A stretch of DNA of 64,000 nt from positions 24,058,001 through 24,122,000 of the forward strand of contig CM052816.1 of the NCBI GenBank assembly GCA_028534125.1, read 5' to 3'. The translations under genes were made by a program, and so were the position numbers. The notes under the pieces were generated by a model. It worked only from the letters and a program-made list of their open reading frames with translations. It was not told the DNA's origin and ran no database searches. Origin of the DNA: Lama glama. Lineage: Eukaryota. Positions 24,926 through 37,372 of the stretch are shown here, one piece after another (position 1 is the first letter of the stretch; every line of letters begins with the position of its first letter).

Positions 24926-25466
24926 TTTTTTTTTAAAAATTTTTTCACTAAAGATTATTATAAGATATTGAATATAGTTCCCTGTGCTATACAGAAGAAA
25001 CTTGTTTTTTTATCTATGTGTGTATATAGTTGTTAACATTTGCAAATCTTGAGCTCCTAAATTTATCCCTTCCAAACCCCTCCCCACTCCCCTTCCCCCA
25101 GGAACCATAAGATTGTTTACTATGTCTGCGAGTCTTTCTGTTTTGTAGATGAGTTCATTAGTGTCCTCTTTTTTTTCTTTTTTTTTAGATTCCACATATG
25201 AGTGATATATGGTACTTTTCTTTGTCTTTCTGGCTTACTTCACTTAGAATAATGATCTCTAGGTCCATCCATGTTGTGCAAATGGCATTATTTTATTCTT
25301 TTTTATGGCTGAGTAGTATTCTATTGTATAAATATACCACAACTTCTTTATCCAATCATCTGTCGTTGGACATTTAGGTTGTTTCTATGTCTTGGCTATT
25401 GCGTGTAGTGCTGTTATGAACATTGGGGTGCATGTGTATTTTCAAATTAGACTTCCTTACAGATAT
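24926..25466 (-). mobile_element. L1 3' end (lineage-specific), 5'-truncated
   Basis: AAGATATTGAATATAGTTCCCTGTGCTATACAG...CTTACTTCACTTAGAATAATGATCTCTAGGTCCATCC; homologous to the L1 ends at 33 kb, 42 kb and 51 kb. Confidence 0.92.
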
Positions 25467-26799
25467 AAAGCAAACCTTTTAAATTGTATGTCCTGTGTAT
25501 CCTGTTTAGTTTTTAAATTTTGCTTTTTGTTTTGTTTTTGAGAGGATTTTAAATGACTTTTTTGCGTAGTATACAAGTTTTTTCTTTTTTCTTTCCTGTT
25601 ACAGATTTGGGGTTTTTAAAGCAGTTGTTAGTGTCATTATTTTGCTGCCACTTAATTTGGAAGATAAAACAACAGCCTAGGCTGAGGATTTCTTTTTTAT
25701 TTACCTTAAATCTATTTTTCCCTCCTGCCGTGCCCTTTAAAACTAGTGGTTTTTTTGTGGTTTGTTACTACAACCATTATGTACTGAATGTATGTTATAT
25801 ACTAAAATATGCTGTAGGAATGTTTTGTCTGTATTGCACTGTAATTTCCCCCAAATAAAGGTTTAAAACATATGCACTTACACTTACAAAATATACATGC
25901 CTTAATAATTAAATTGTCCCTCTTTCTGGAGTCAGATATTGTAATGTATCCCATAACTAAATTACATACCCACTTTTTCTTCACTCTTAATGAAAAATCT
26001 CTAATTTTTTATCTTCTTATATTCCTTAATGATTACTCCATTTTTTCACTTTCAAAAATCCACAAGTATAATTGAGATATATTTTTATAATTGTTGATGC
26101 CTAAAGACATTCAAAAAGACATAAATACAGAAGTGATCTTAAAGGTTTATAAAGTACACCCCTACTTTGAGGAATAGAGTAATCATTCTACCTTTGACCA
26201 TTAAAAAAAAAAACCTTTTTTTTCTTTAGTAACTCATTCTCATGGTTACAAGTCCTTATAGTATTAGACAAGTAATAAAACACTCAAATACTTATTCGAA
26301 CAGGACATTCTTCCTAATGGCTAAACTAAATTATTATTCTAACATTTCAGAAATTTTGATTCTTGTCCTGTTCTTCAGAGGTTATGGTAACCTATAAAAT
26401 GTAAGGTTATTTTTGGTTTTATTTTCTAAATGATTTCCTCTTGCACATCATTATAGATCCCGATTTCTAAATATGTAATTATTTTTATTACTTTCCTCTG
26501 GGCTTTTTCCAAGTAATTTAATCTTTCTTATTTGTGAGCCCAAACTATTAAATGCAATATTCCAGTAAAAAGCAACAACTGATGATTATAAAGATAAAGA
26601 CAGATTTTTACAGTTCAAGTAATTGTTTTTGCTTCCAACTGGGCTACCATGTCTGACTTCGAATATGGCCCTGAGTATTAGCTCTTCTGATTAGTCAAAA
26701 AATGTCAATTGTTCTTTAAAACTTTTGAACTAAAAGTCTATCTCTATTTTAACCAATTTCTAAAGACATAAAATTTCAGAATATTAATTTTAAAATCCA

Positions 26800-27310
26800 C
26801 ATTTGTGAGATCAATTAATTAGAAATAATATTTTTCTAATTATAAAGGTAATACATGTTTAATACAGAAGTCATAGGAAAAACCAAAGGGAAATAGTACT
26901 TATAACACCATCACCCTAAAAAAGCATTTACCTTTTGGTGTTTGATATAATAAAAAGATATATTATATATTTTGTAATTGTTTAAACTTACCGATGACAT
27001 GAACATCTTTCTGCATATATAATCATCTTGTAACTGCATGATTCCTAATGGCTTCAAAATATTGCATCATTTTTATTTATCATGATTTACTGAATCTACC
27101 ACCTATTTTGAATGCTTAGTTTCTTTCTTTCCTTTATAAATAAAGCAGCAAAGCTGCATTGAATATCTTTGTGCATATAACTTTCTTCATAGTTGACTAT
27201 TTCCTTAGGATAAATTCCTAGAAGTGAAATTTCAGGGTATGTGTGTTTTTATAACTTTTGATGTACGTTGCAAAATTGATTTTCAGAAAGGTTGTATCAG
27301 TTTATTCTTC
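26800..27310 (-). mobile_element. Old L1ME-like fragment
   Basis: TTTCCTTAGGATAAATTCCTAGAAGTGAAATT...CAGAAAGGTTGTATCAGTTTA. Confidence 0.65.
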
Positions 27311-27429
27311 TATTAGCATTGTATTTTGAGTCTCTGAATTGCCTGATGGTTGCTGTAATAGACATTTGCTATATCCTGAAAGTTTGGCGTCCATTCTGCC
27401 TTGTTTTGGTAATAGCATACAAATTTTTT

Positions 27430-27875
27430 TTGGTGGGATGTGGGAATGATCTCTCTGTGCAGTTCTGGAAGGGCAGAATATTAAAGGACCTTGACTGCCT
27501 GTGCCTAGTTGTGAGCACATGACCAAATGTGCCAATCTGCTCTCTGAAGTGTTTTGAATTTTGAGTGGTATGATGCAAAGTCAGAAAGTAAGTCCAGTTG
27601 CTGGGACTACGAACTGCTCATAGTCACTGCCTCACTCACTAGAGAACTGCCTTGCCTGGGGGCAGCCCAAGGCAGAACTGGCTAAAGAGACAGTAGAAAG
27701 GCCTTTCCCTCTACTTGGGACTACTCTCAAGAGCAGCCCACAGGATTAATTGAGGCTTCAGCTGCATCTGCATTATAGGTCTGCTTCTCCCTCTACCCAG
27801 TCCCGCCTTCCTCATTTCCTTAGAGATGTATCTCCTGAAAGCACTCACCACCTCAGTCTACTTCCAGGAAACTGT
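27430..27875 (+). mobile_element. LTR16-like ERVL solo LTR
   Basis: CTTCTCCCTCTACCCAGTCCCGCCTTCCT...AGCACTC...CTCAGTCTACTTCCAGGAAAC. Confidence 0.6.
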
Positions 27876-28439
27876 CCTTTTATTCCAGTGCAGCACTCAG
27901 AGAAGATTGTATAGTATTTCCTCTGGAACTACTTCTCCTGTTCTCTCTGTGTACAATTCTTCTTCCTTTCAGCTTTCCCATATTCTCCTAGTAATCCACT
28001 CTAAGTTAACCAGTGTTCATTCCCATTGTTTGCAACCAAGAATCAGTATTAATACAATGTTCCTTATTGTTTTTCTAATGCCTTTTATTTACCAATTTTA
28101 GGAGTTTTGTATCATAGACATAGACCTTAAACTAAATTGGTTCTGTTTCATTTGTCAATTGCATTGTTTTTGACACCATAGTTTTGTCATTCAGTTATTT
28201 TAAAAATGTATTGTGGTCAAATATCTCAATCTTTTCCTTTGTGATTTTCACCTTTTATATAATGCTTAGAGAGGACTTTGCCACTACAAGACCATGTACA
28301 TAAAATTATGTGTATATAAGTTTCAGTTTAATGTTTTATGTTTAATCCCCAAATTCATATAATACTAATTTTACTTTGTATGAGGCAGTGATTTAGCAGT
28401 TATCTACAAATAATTTAACTGAGTATTTAGGCTTTTCTG

Positions 28440-28850
28440 TTAAAATCTACTTTAACAGTAGCCTCAAATTTCAATGAATAAATAAGGTAAACATTTATCT
28501 TTTACTCAGACAGCAGCCCAGAAATATATCTCAAGCTGGCCAGGTAGCTCTGCCATTCTCATCAGGAGTGCGCATCTCTGGGTCAGGCACTTGCTTCTTT
28601 TCTTGCTTTTCCTCCCCAGCCACTGGGAAGAGGGAACTAGAGAATGGAAAATAGGCAACCTCCTTAACACCACATACACACTCTAACACACACAGACTCA
28701 CATGATTGCATCTTATTGGCCAGAATTTAGGCCCTTGGCTAGGCATAGCCGGTTGGGAGATGCCATCTTTCAGTGGGCAGTCATGTGGCCAGCCAAAACC
28801 CATGGCGTTCTGGAATTCTTTATGATGATGAGTCCTGCTAGTGGATAGAA
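28440..28850 (-). mobile_element. MLT1J-like MaLR LTR
   Basis: CATCTTATTGGCCAGAATTTAG...TTGGGAGATGCCATCTTT. Confidence 0.55.
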
Positions 28851-28889
28851 ATATTGATGCAGAATGGTATTGGGTGCTTTGTTTTTGTA

Positions 28890-29540
28890 GTTTTTATTAT
28901 GATATATAACATACATACAAGGAAGTGTCTAAAACATGTATGTACATTTTGATGAAAGTTACAGAGCAAATATCTATATAAATCACAATGTAGGTCACCA
29001 AACATAACATTGCCAGGTCTCCAGGAGCCCCAAGATGTGTCCCTTCAAGCTTATAACCCTTTTGACCCCCTCCCCATAGTTTGTGGATTGTCATTTCCTT
29101 GGTTTTACTATCTGGATATACATCCCTGAACATACTATAAATGGATTCATGCTGCAAGTTGCTTTTATATATGTGCTTCTTTTCAGCATATGTTTGTGCA
29201 GTTGATCCATGTTGTGTGTATCCTAGTGAGTTTATTTTCACAACATTATAGCTTTGCCTTGTATGGATATACCACAATTCATACAGCCGTTCCACCATTA
29301 ATGAAAATTTTGGTGGTTCCCAAGTTAGCTTTTGTTTTTGCTATTGGAAACATTCTTGCAGTGAACATTTTAGTACACATGTCATGGTGAATATGTGTGT
29401 AGGGTTTCTGCTGGGTCTATTTTTAGGAGGATGTTACTGGTTCACAAGGTATATTCTTCACCTTCAGTAGATGGTGACAAACCATCTATAGAAGGTGACA
29501 AACCATAGATGGCAAACTGTTTTCCTCGTACTTGTACCAA
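28890..29540 (-). mobile_element. Old L1M 3' fragment
   Basis: TTGATATATAACATACATACA...TGATCCATGTTGTGTGTA...GAACATTTTAGTACACATGTC. Confidence 0.75.
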
Positions 29541-29699
29541 AAATGATATTATTTTTAAGGTTATTTACCATGTCTTCAAATATTTGCTAGAAGTTTCCTG
29601 AGAGAGGAAAGTGGTTATATTATAGTATTATAATTTTAAAATATTCCAGAAAGGATGGAAACCCATTCTTTCCTAGGCATAGTTTAAAAAGGTATCTCA

Positions 29700-29960
29700 T
29701 TATGGATGATATATATTAATACATATTATGTAAAATATTTATTGTAAATTATATAGCATTAATATATAATACATTATAATTTATTATTTATGTATTACTA
29801 TTTATTATGTATAAACATGTTATTGATGACATGTTCATACAACAATTAGATAATAATATAATATATAGGTAAATATAGATATATATTAAATATACTGTAT
29901 ATTACAGCATAAATATATAATACGGATAAATATATATGGCAAAATAAAATTTTAAGTCAG
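29700..29960. repeat. AT-rich low-complexity / degenerate (TA)n tract
   Basis: Almost entirely A/T over ~260 bp. Confidence 0.85.
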
Positions 29961-30665
29961 GCAAAAGTTATAAAATGAGAAACAAAGTCTCCACTAATTC
30001 CTCTCCCTAAAGTTCTGCCTTAACTGACTGCCTAATTAACAATTTCTTTTGTATGCATCCTAGAAAATGTTTATATATATTTTCTCCATATACATAAGCA
30101 GGTGACAATGCACATAGTATTACTTTTTGTTTATAGTCACTTTATTTAACAGCATATATGATTCCATTCTTTTAATAGCATGTATAATTCTTAATTTACA
30201 ATACTAAATAATATTGAATTGATTGTGATTTGGTATATAATAATTTATTTAACCGGCAGACTAATTGATGATTAATTAGGGCATGTCCAGGTTTTGTTAT
30301 TATCAGTGGTAAATGCATTGGAACATATGCCTTGTAATTTTTGAGAGTTTATTCACTGGATAAAATCCTAGCTGTAGACTTAAAGTTCACACTGTACAAG
30401 CATTTTCAAATTTATAGATATTGCAAAATTGCTGTCCAAAAAGTTGTATCAATTTATATTTCCATCACCTGCTATTTGCCAACATTGTGCATTACCAGAA
30501 TACTTTGCTTTTCTGATCATTGAAAAATATAATTTGTTTTGGTTTGCATTTATTTAATTATGAATGAAGTTAAGCATGATTCTATTTGTTTTTCTTTTTC
30601 TGTCAAACTGCCTGTTAATATCCTTTGCCTGTTTCTGTATTGGGTGGTTGCATTTTTTCTCTTAA

Positions 30666-31206
30666 TGTTGCCAAACACAAGAGAACACAGGTTCCTGTGT
30701 CTTCCTATGCGCAGTTAGACCAAACAAACCAAAATGTTGGAGTTTGGAAAAGAGAAAGGTTTATTGCAGGACCAAGCAAGGATAACCAGTGGCTAGTACT
30801 CAAAAGCTCTAAACTCCCTAATGGTTTTGGGGGAGAACTTTTTAATAGGCAAAATTTGGGGTAAGGGCTGCTGGGTGTGTGTTTTTCTTCTGGTTGTTTG
30901 GTGATGTAGGTGGTAACAAGGCTGTATTCCAGAACACCTGTGCTCAGCCTGAAGTTGTCATTCTCCACCTGGGTGGGGGCCTTAGTTCCTGCAGAACTCA
31001 AAGATACGTTGTTATGTACATTCCTTGAGGAGGAACTAGAACTCTGTTTGACTGTTCTCTTTTCTGGTTAGCAGCTGTTTGAATCTGCCCTTTGTAACTC
31101 AGGGACAATCTAGGAGGCTAATGCATTTTTCCTACAAACAAGAAATGAGGGACATGGAAAAGGCTTTTGTATCCAGAAGGGCCCCACAGGGTCCTGCTCA
31201 GTTTCA
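30666..31206 (-). mobile_element. ERV1-class solo LTR inserted in an old L1
   Basis: TG...CA termini (TGAAACTGAGCAGGACCC...GGCAACA on minus), AATAAA on minus near 30760, 4-bp TSD TTAA/TTAG. Confidence 0.82.
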
Positions 31207-31255
31207 TTAGTGATTTGTAAAACTCATTATAAGTTAAAGAAATCAACTTTTTGTT

Positions 31256-31425
31256 GGGGAGGATATAGCTCAGAGTTCATCCTTAGTGTGCATGAGGTCC
31301 TGGGTTCAATCCCCAGTACCATTTAATAAGTAAATTCAATCAATCAATCAATCAAATTACCTCCCCCACCAAAAAAGCAAAAACAATTTAAAAAATGGAA
31401 ACAACATTGTCAGCCTTTTTGGAAA
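31256..31425 (+). mobile_element. Camelid-type tRNA-derived SINE
   Basis: GGGGAGGATATAGCTCAG...GGTCCTGGGTTCAATCCCCAGTACC; 19-bp TSD AAAGAAAT(C/T)AACTTTTTGT (31236-31254, 31426-31444). Confidence 0.9.
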
Positions 31426-32363
31426 AAAGAAATTAACTTTTTGTCTATTATGTGTTATAAATATTTTCCTGTTTTGAAGTTAATTTTTGCACTTTGCTTA
31501 TAACTTTTTTGTACATAAGTTTTAATCTTATGATTTTGGGGGTTCTACATAATTTTTAAATTACTTAAAAGTCTATTCATGTTTTGCCATTTGTTTTGTA
31601 AATTTGTAAAAACAGCTAAATTTAGTTCACATATAGCTCAGCCTTTTCCTTCTCTTTTTTGCCAGGAAGTCTTTGAGAACAATTCTAGAAGGAACCACTG
31701 TAGATAGAAGAATAGATGATTCCAATGAATCTCAGCTGTCAAACAAAAATGTGTTCAGCTTTTGAATAACTACTATTTTCCTTTTTCTTCAGTCATCCTA
31801 AAAGTCAATGGGAGAAGAATTGTTAGTAAAGAGCCTTATCTTACCAGACGTAAATTATTCTAAGAAGGTAAAGAATACCTTCCTTCCAACCTTTCCTTCA
31901 AACTACAGTTCCTCACTTCACCTAAAACACTTTATCAAAAGCTGTCAGAAATTCCAGTATTTACTATAAAAGTTTAATTCATGGTTAAACGTTGGCTTGT
32001 AATGAATGAAATGAAATTGGTTTATATGGACTTATTTCCTATATTCTGTACTTGCCTTAGAAAACCTATAATACATATTTTAATAGAATAGTTAAAATAT
32101 GACATATATATAAAGTTTATCAAAACACTTAAGTACATCTAAATGAGTTAACATTTGAATATATAAAATAATCCATGTGAACTAGCTTATACTTAGTTCT
32201 CAGCTAAAATGACTTCTTGTTTAACCCAGATTTAAATAAGAGACTGAAACATGTCTAAACAGTAACACTTACAAGTAGTGGGAAGCACCCAATCATGCAA
32301 GACTTTTTAAGTTTATATTCTTATTTCTTGTATGTTTTAAAGCTATTTAAAAATTAATAAGTA

Positions 32364-33576
32364 CAAAACAACCTACTGAATGGGAGAAAATAATTTGCAA
32401 ATGATGCAACTGACAAGGGCTTAATTTCCAGAATATATAAACAGCTCATACAACTTAACAACAAAAAAAAAAACAACCCATTCCAAAAATGGGCAGAAGA
32501 CCTAAACAGGCAATTCTTTATAATTCTCTGATGAAGACACACAAAGGGCCAATAAGCACATGAAAAGATCTTTAATATTGGTAATTATCAGAAAAGTGCA
32601 AATCCAAACTACAATGAGGTATCACCTCACACCAGTCAGAATGGCCATCATTAAAACCTCCACAAATATAAATGCTACAGAGAATGTAGAGAAAAGGGAA
32701 CCCTCCTACACTGCTGGTGGGGATGTAGTTTGGTGCAGCCATTATGGAAAACAATATGGTGATTCCTCAAAAAACTAGAAATAGACTTACTATATGATCC
32801 GGCAATCCCACCCAGGGACATATATCCAGGAATTCTAATTTGAAAAGATACATGCACCCCAGTGTTTATAGCAGCACTATTTACAATACCTTAGACAGGT
32901 AAACAACCTAAATGTCCATCAACAGATGACTGGATAAGGCAGTTATGGTATATTTACAGAATGGATTACTATTCCACCATAAAAAAGAATAAAATAATGC
33001 CATTTGCAGCAACATGGATGGACCTGGAGATCATCATTCTAAGTGAAGTAAGCCAGAAAGAGAAAGAAAAATACCATATGATGTGACTCATGTGGAATCT
33101 AAAACAAAAAAATAAGAAGACACAAACTTATCTACAAAACAGAAACAGACTCACAGACATAGAAAACAAACTATGGTTACCAGGGGGAAGAGGGTAGGAA
33201 GTGATAAATTGGGAGTTCAAAATTTGCAAATACTAGAGAAGAGGGTATAGCTCAAGTGGTAGAGCACATGCTTAGCATGCATGAGGTCCCGGGTTCAACC
33301 CTAGTACCTCCTCTAAAAACAGATGAATAAACCTAATTACCTCTCCTCCAAAAACAAACAAACATAGAAAACAGATTTGCAAATACTAACTACTATATAT
33401 AAAATAGATAAACAACAAGTTTCTTCTGTACAGCACAGAGAACGATATCCAATATATTATAGTAACCTATAATGAAAAAGTATATGAAAGCAAATATGTG
33501 TATGTATGTTTGACTGAAACTTACACTGTGCACCAGAAATTGACATGTTATAAACTGACTATACTTCAATTTTTAA
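32364..33576 (+). mobile_element. L1 3' portion (ORF2 C-terminus remnant plus 3' UTR) containing a SINE
   Basis: QIQTTMRYHLTPVRMAII ORF2 motif; TSD AAAAATTAAT(A/G)AG(T/C)A (32349-32363, 33577-33591). Confidence 0.93.
33236..33374 (+). mobile_element. Camelid-type tRNA-derived SINE nested in an L1 3' UTR
   Basis: GAGGGTATAGCTCAAGTGGTAGAGC...GGGTTCAACC; TSD ATTTGCAAATACTA (33222-33235, 33375-33388). Confidence 0.92.
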
Positions 33577-34932
33577 AAAAATTAATGAGCAAAATTAGCT
33601 AGTGTAACATCAACTCCGAAAGTGGCTTTTGTTCTGTAGACTAGGAACTCAAAGCCACCAGACGGAGCCTAGCTGGAAACATGAGCTTCCATATTGTTCC
33701 CAAACTAGCTTTCTCCAGAGTTCTTCAGCTCGGGCCTATGTGATAGCACCATCAGGCCGGTTCAGACTAGACCTCATACTTTTGGTTTTGGGGCTTGAGA
33801 AAGCTTCATATTGCACTGAGGCAATTTTGCGAACTATTCCACAGCTGGTGTTTAAAGATGATCCAGATCTTCTAGATTCCCAATTTCACAAAGCTGATTG
33901 TTTTCAATAAAAGCAGCTTGTCAGATATTTAACTAGATGCTATTTAGTTTGTAACTTTGTAGAAATTAATCTTAAAAAATTTTTTTTCTTAAACTGCGTC
34001 TTAAGTTTTACTTAAATACTGTTCCATTTATAATGTAAGAAAACTGCTTAGCTGGCTCTACTTCTATACATTAAATAAAACTGATGATACCAGGTAGAAC
34101 ATACATTTAAAATGTTCCTAAAATTTTTAAATATCTTCTCTAAAGTGTGTACTTCTCATTAAACTTCAGGATAACTTAAAAACAGCATTCTGGGCTGTAG
34201 TATTAAAAGTTGAATTGAATATGATACAGTGTTGTGCCTCCACTAAAGAAAATGCAGAAGTCAGTTCAGAAATGAGTTAGAAGGTAAAATACAGAAGTAA
34301 TCAGTTACCTGGACCCTATCAGAAATAAACTCTTCGGAATATCAGAAAATTCAAAACAGCTGAAAAGTTGTTTTGTAAGTGTTAGAATTTAAAATTGTCT
34401 TTAGAAGTATCTATGAGGTACTATAACCATTATTTCCTCCACTCTTTTAGAGGCTACTACAAACACTAACATTTTCTTGGCTTAGATCGACTTTTAGAGT
34501 GATGTAGCTATATAACATGCTCAAGGTGGTAGCCGTGGATACAAGTTTACAATACTCCATCAGTCTCCTGGGTGTCTGCATATCTTGGAAGCAGAGACTT
34601 TGATTATTTTTATTCCACTCTGTCTTTTCCTAAATGTTTGTATAGCAAATAGCTTTGGAAGATTGAGATTATGTGTCCCTGGGAGCAAAGATGAGATATG
34701 CTCACTGTCCTTTATGGAAGGTTCAGGTTCCCTAAACTGCTCTCTTGCAGCACAGCCACTGTGCGTGCAGGTGTTACCTGGCTCTCTTCGTATTGCCAGA
34801 TGGGAGGAGATTGGGCTTGGGGAACTGATGCAAATGCTGATATTCTGGTGACTACTGTTGCTATGAGTAATATTAAAGTTAATTGTTTCTGGCCCTGGAT
34901 TCTCATGTCTTCTGCCACCATCCATGAAAATA

Positions 34933-37295
34933 CAGGCATACCTCAGAAATATCGTGGGTTCAGTTCCAGACCACCACAAGAAAGTGAACATCACAATAAA
35001 GTGAGTCACACAAATTTTTTGGTTTCCCAGTGCATGTAAGATTTATATTTGCACCATGCTGTAATCTATTGTGTGAAATCACATTATGTCTTTAAAAGGT
35101 GCATACCTTAATTTAAAAATACTTCATTGCTAAAATATGCTAACCATCATCTGAACCTTCAGTGAGTTGTAATCTTTTTGCTGGTAGAAGGCCTTGCCTC
35201 AGTGTTGATGGCTGCTGACTGAGCAGGACAGTGGCTACTGAAGGTCGGGGTGCTGTGGCAATTTCTTAACATAACAGTTTGCCACATCGATGGACTTCTC
35301 CTTTCACAAACGATTTATCTGTAGTGTGCAATGCTCTTTGTTAACATTTTTCCCACAGTAGAACTTTCAAAATTGGGTCAGTTCTCTCAAACCCTGCCAC
35401 TGCTTTATCTACTAAGTTTATGTAATATTATAAATCCTGTCTTGTCACTACACCAATCTTCACAGTATCCTCAGCAGGAGTAGATTCCATCTCAAGAAAC
35501 AACTTTCTTCACTCATAAGAAGCAAATGGATGAGAAGTTGCTTCTTATGAGCAACTTCTCATCCATTCAAGTTTTTTCATGAGATTGCAGCAATCCAGTC
35601 ACAGCTTTAGGTTCCTCTTCTATTTCTAGTTCTCTTGCAGTCACTTTCTCCACCGAAGTCTTTAACCCTTCAAAGTCATTCATGAGAGTTGGAATCAATT
35701 TCTTCCAAACTCCTATTAATGTTGATATTTTGACCTCTCCCATGAATCATGAATGTTCTTAATGACATCTAGAAAGGTAAGTCATTTCCAGAAGGTTTTC
35801 ATTTTACTCAGATCCGACAGAGGAATCACTATCAATGGCAGCTGTAGCCTTATGCAATGTGTTTCTTAAAGACTAAGACCTGAAAGTTGAAATGACCCCT
35901 TGATCCATGGGCTGCAGAATGGATGCTGTGTTAGCAGGCATGAGAACAACATGAATCTCATTGCACATCTCTATCACAGCTCTTGGATGACCAGGTACAT
36001 GGTCTCTGAGCAGTAATACTTTGAAAGGAGTCTTCTTTTCTGAGCAGTAGGTCTCAACAGTGGGTGTTTAAAATACTCAGTACACCATGTTATCAACAGA
36101 TGTGCTGTCATCCTAACTTTGTTGTTCCATTTAGAAAGCACAGGAGAATAGATTTAGCATAATTCTTAAGGGCCTTAGGATTTCTGAAATGGTCGGTGAG
36201 CCTTGGTTTCAATTTAAAGTCACCAGCTACATTAGTCCCTAACAAGAGTCAGTCTATCCTTTGAAGCTTTGGAACCAAGCATTGACTTCTCCTCTCTAGC
36301 TGTGCATCCAAAGTGCTAGATGGCATCTTTAACAATATAAAGCTATTTCATCTACAATGAAAATCTATTGTGTAGTATCCACCTTCTTTCTTGATCTTAG
36401 CTAAATCTTCTGGATAACTTGCTGCAGTTTCTACATTAGTGCATACCGCTTCACTTTTCACTTTGATATTATGGAGATGGCTTCTAAACTTAAACCTCAT
36501 CAGTCAATCTCTGCTAGTTTCAGCTTTTCTTCTACAGCTTCCTCCCCTCTCTCAGCCTTCACAGAGTTGAAGAGAGTTAGGGCTTTGCTTTGGATTAGGC
36601 TTTGGTCTAAGGGAAATTTATTATATCTGGTCTGATCTATCCAGACTACTAAAACTTTCTCCCTATCAGCAATAAGGCTGTTTCACTTTCTTATCATTCC
36701 TGCACTTTTGATTCCCTTCAAGAACTTTGCCTTTTATTCACAACTGGCTAACTGGTGTAAGAAGCCTAGCTCGTAGCCTGTCTCAGCTTTTGACCTGCCT
36801 TCCTCACTAAGTTTAATCATTTCTAGCTCTTAATTTAAAGTGAGAGACATGTGACTCTTCCTTTCACTTGAACACTTAGTAGCCATTTTAGGGTTATTAG
36901 TTGGCCCAATTTCAATATTTTTGTATCTCAGGGAATAGGGAGGCAGGACGAGAGGGAGAGACACAGAGAACAATGTGTTTGTGGGGCACTCAGGACACAC
37001 ACACACAACACAGATCGATTAAGTTTGCCATCTTGTGTAGGCATGTTTCATGGTACCCCAAAGTAATTACAATAGTAACATCAAAGGTCACTGATCACAG
37101 ATCACCATAACAAATATAATAATGTAAATAATTGGAAATATTGTGAGAATTACCAAAATGTGACACAGAGACAGTAAGTGAGCAAATGCTGGTGGAAAAT
37201 TGGCACCGATAGACTTGCTCCCACACAGCGTTGCCACAAACCTTCAGTCTGTAAAAATGCAGTATTTGTGAAGTACAATAAAGCAGCCATGCCTG
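34933..37295 (-). mobile_element. Tigger1 (TcMar-Tigger) DNA transposon, near full length, transposase decayed
   Basis: Termini CAGGCATACCTC...ATGCCTG with TA on both sides (34931-34932, 37296-37297); 2363 bp; no long ORF left. Confidence 0.92.
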
Positions 37296-37372
37296 TATAG
37301 CACAGTAATTTGTTAGCTTACCAGCAGGGTAAAATTCTCAGAACTTTGACAGGTTTTGCAAGATGATATATA

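Noticed and set aside
29700..29960. AT-rich tract as a structured repeat array
   Set aside because: Degenerate low-complexity sequence with no regular unit or spacers.
34560..37110. ORFs overlapping Tigger1 as a domesticated transposase
   Set aside because: They are short, mostly off-frame, and no continuous transposase frame survives.
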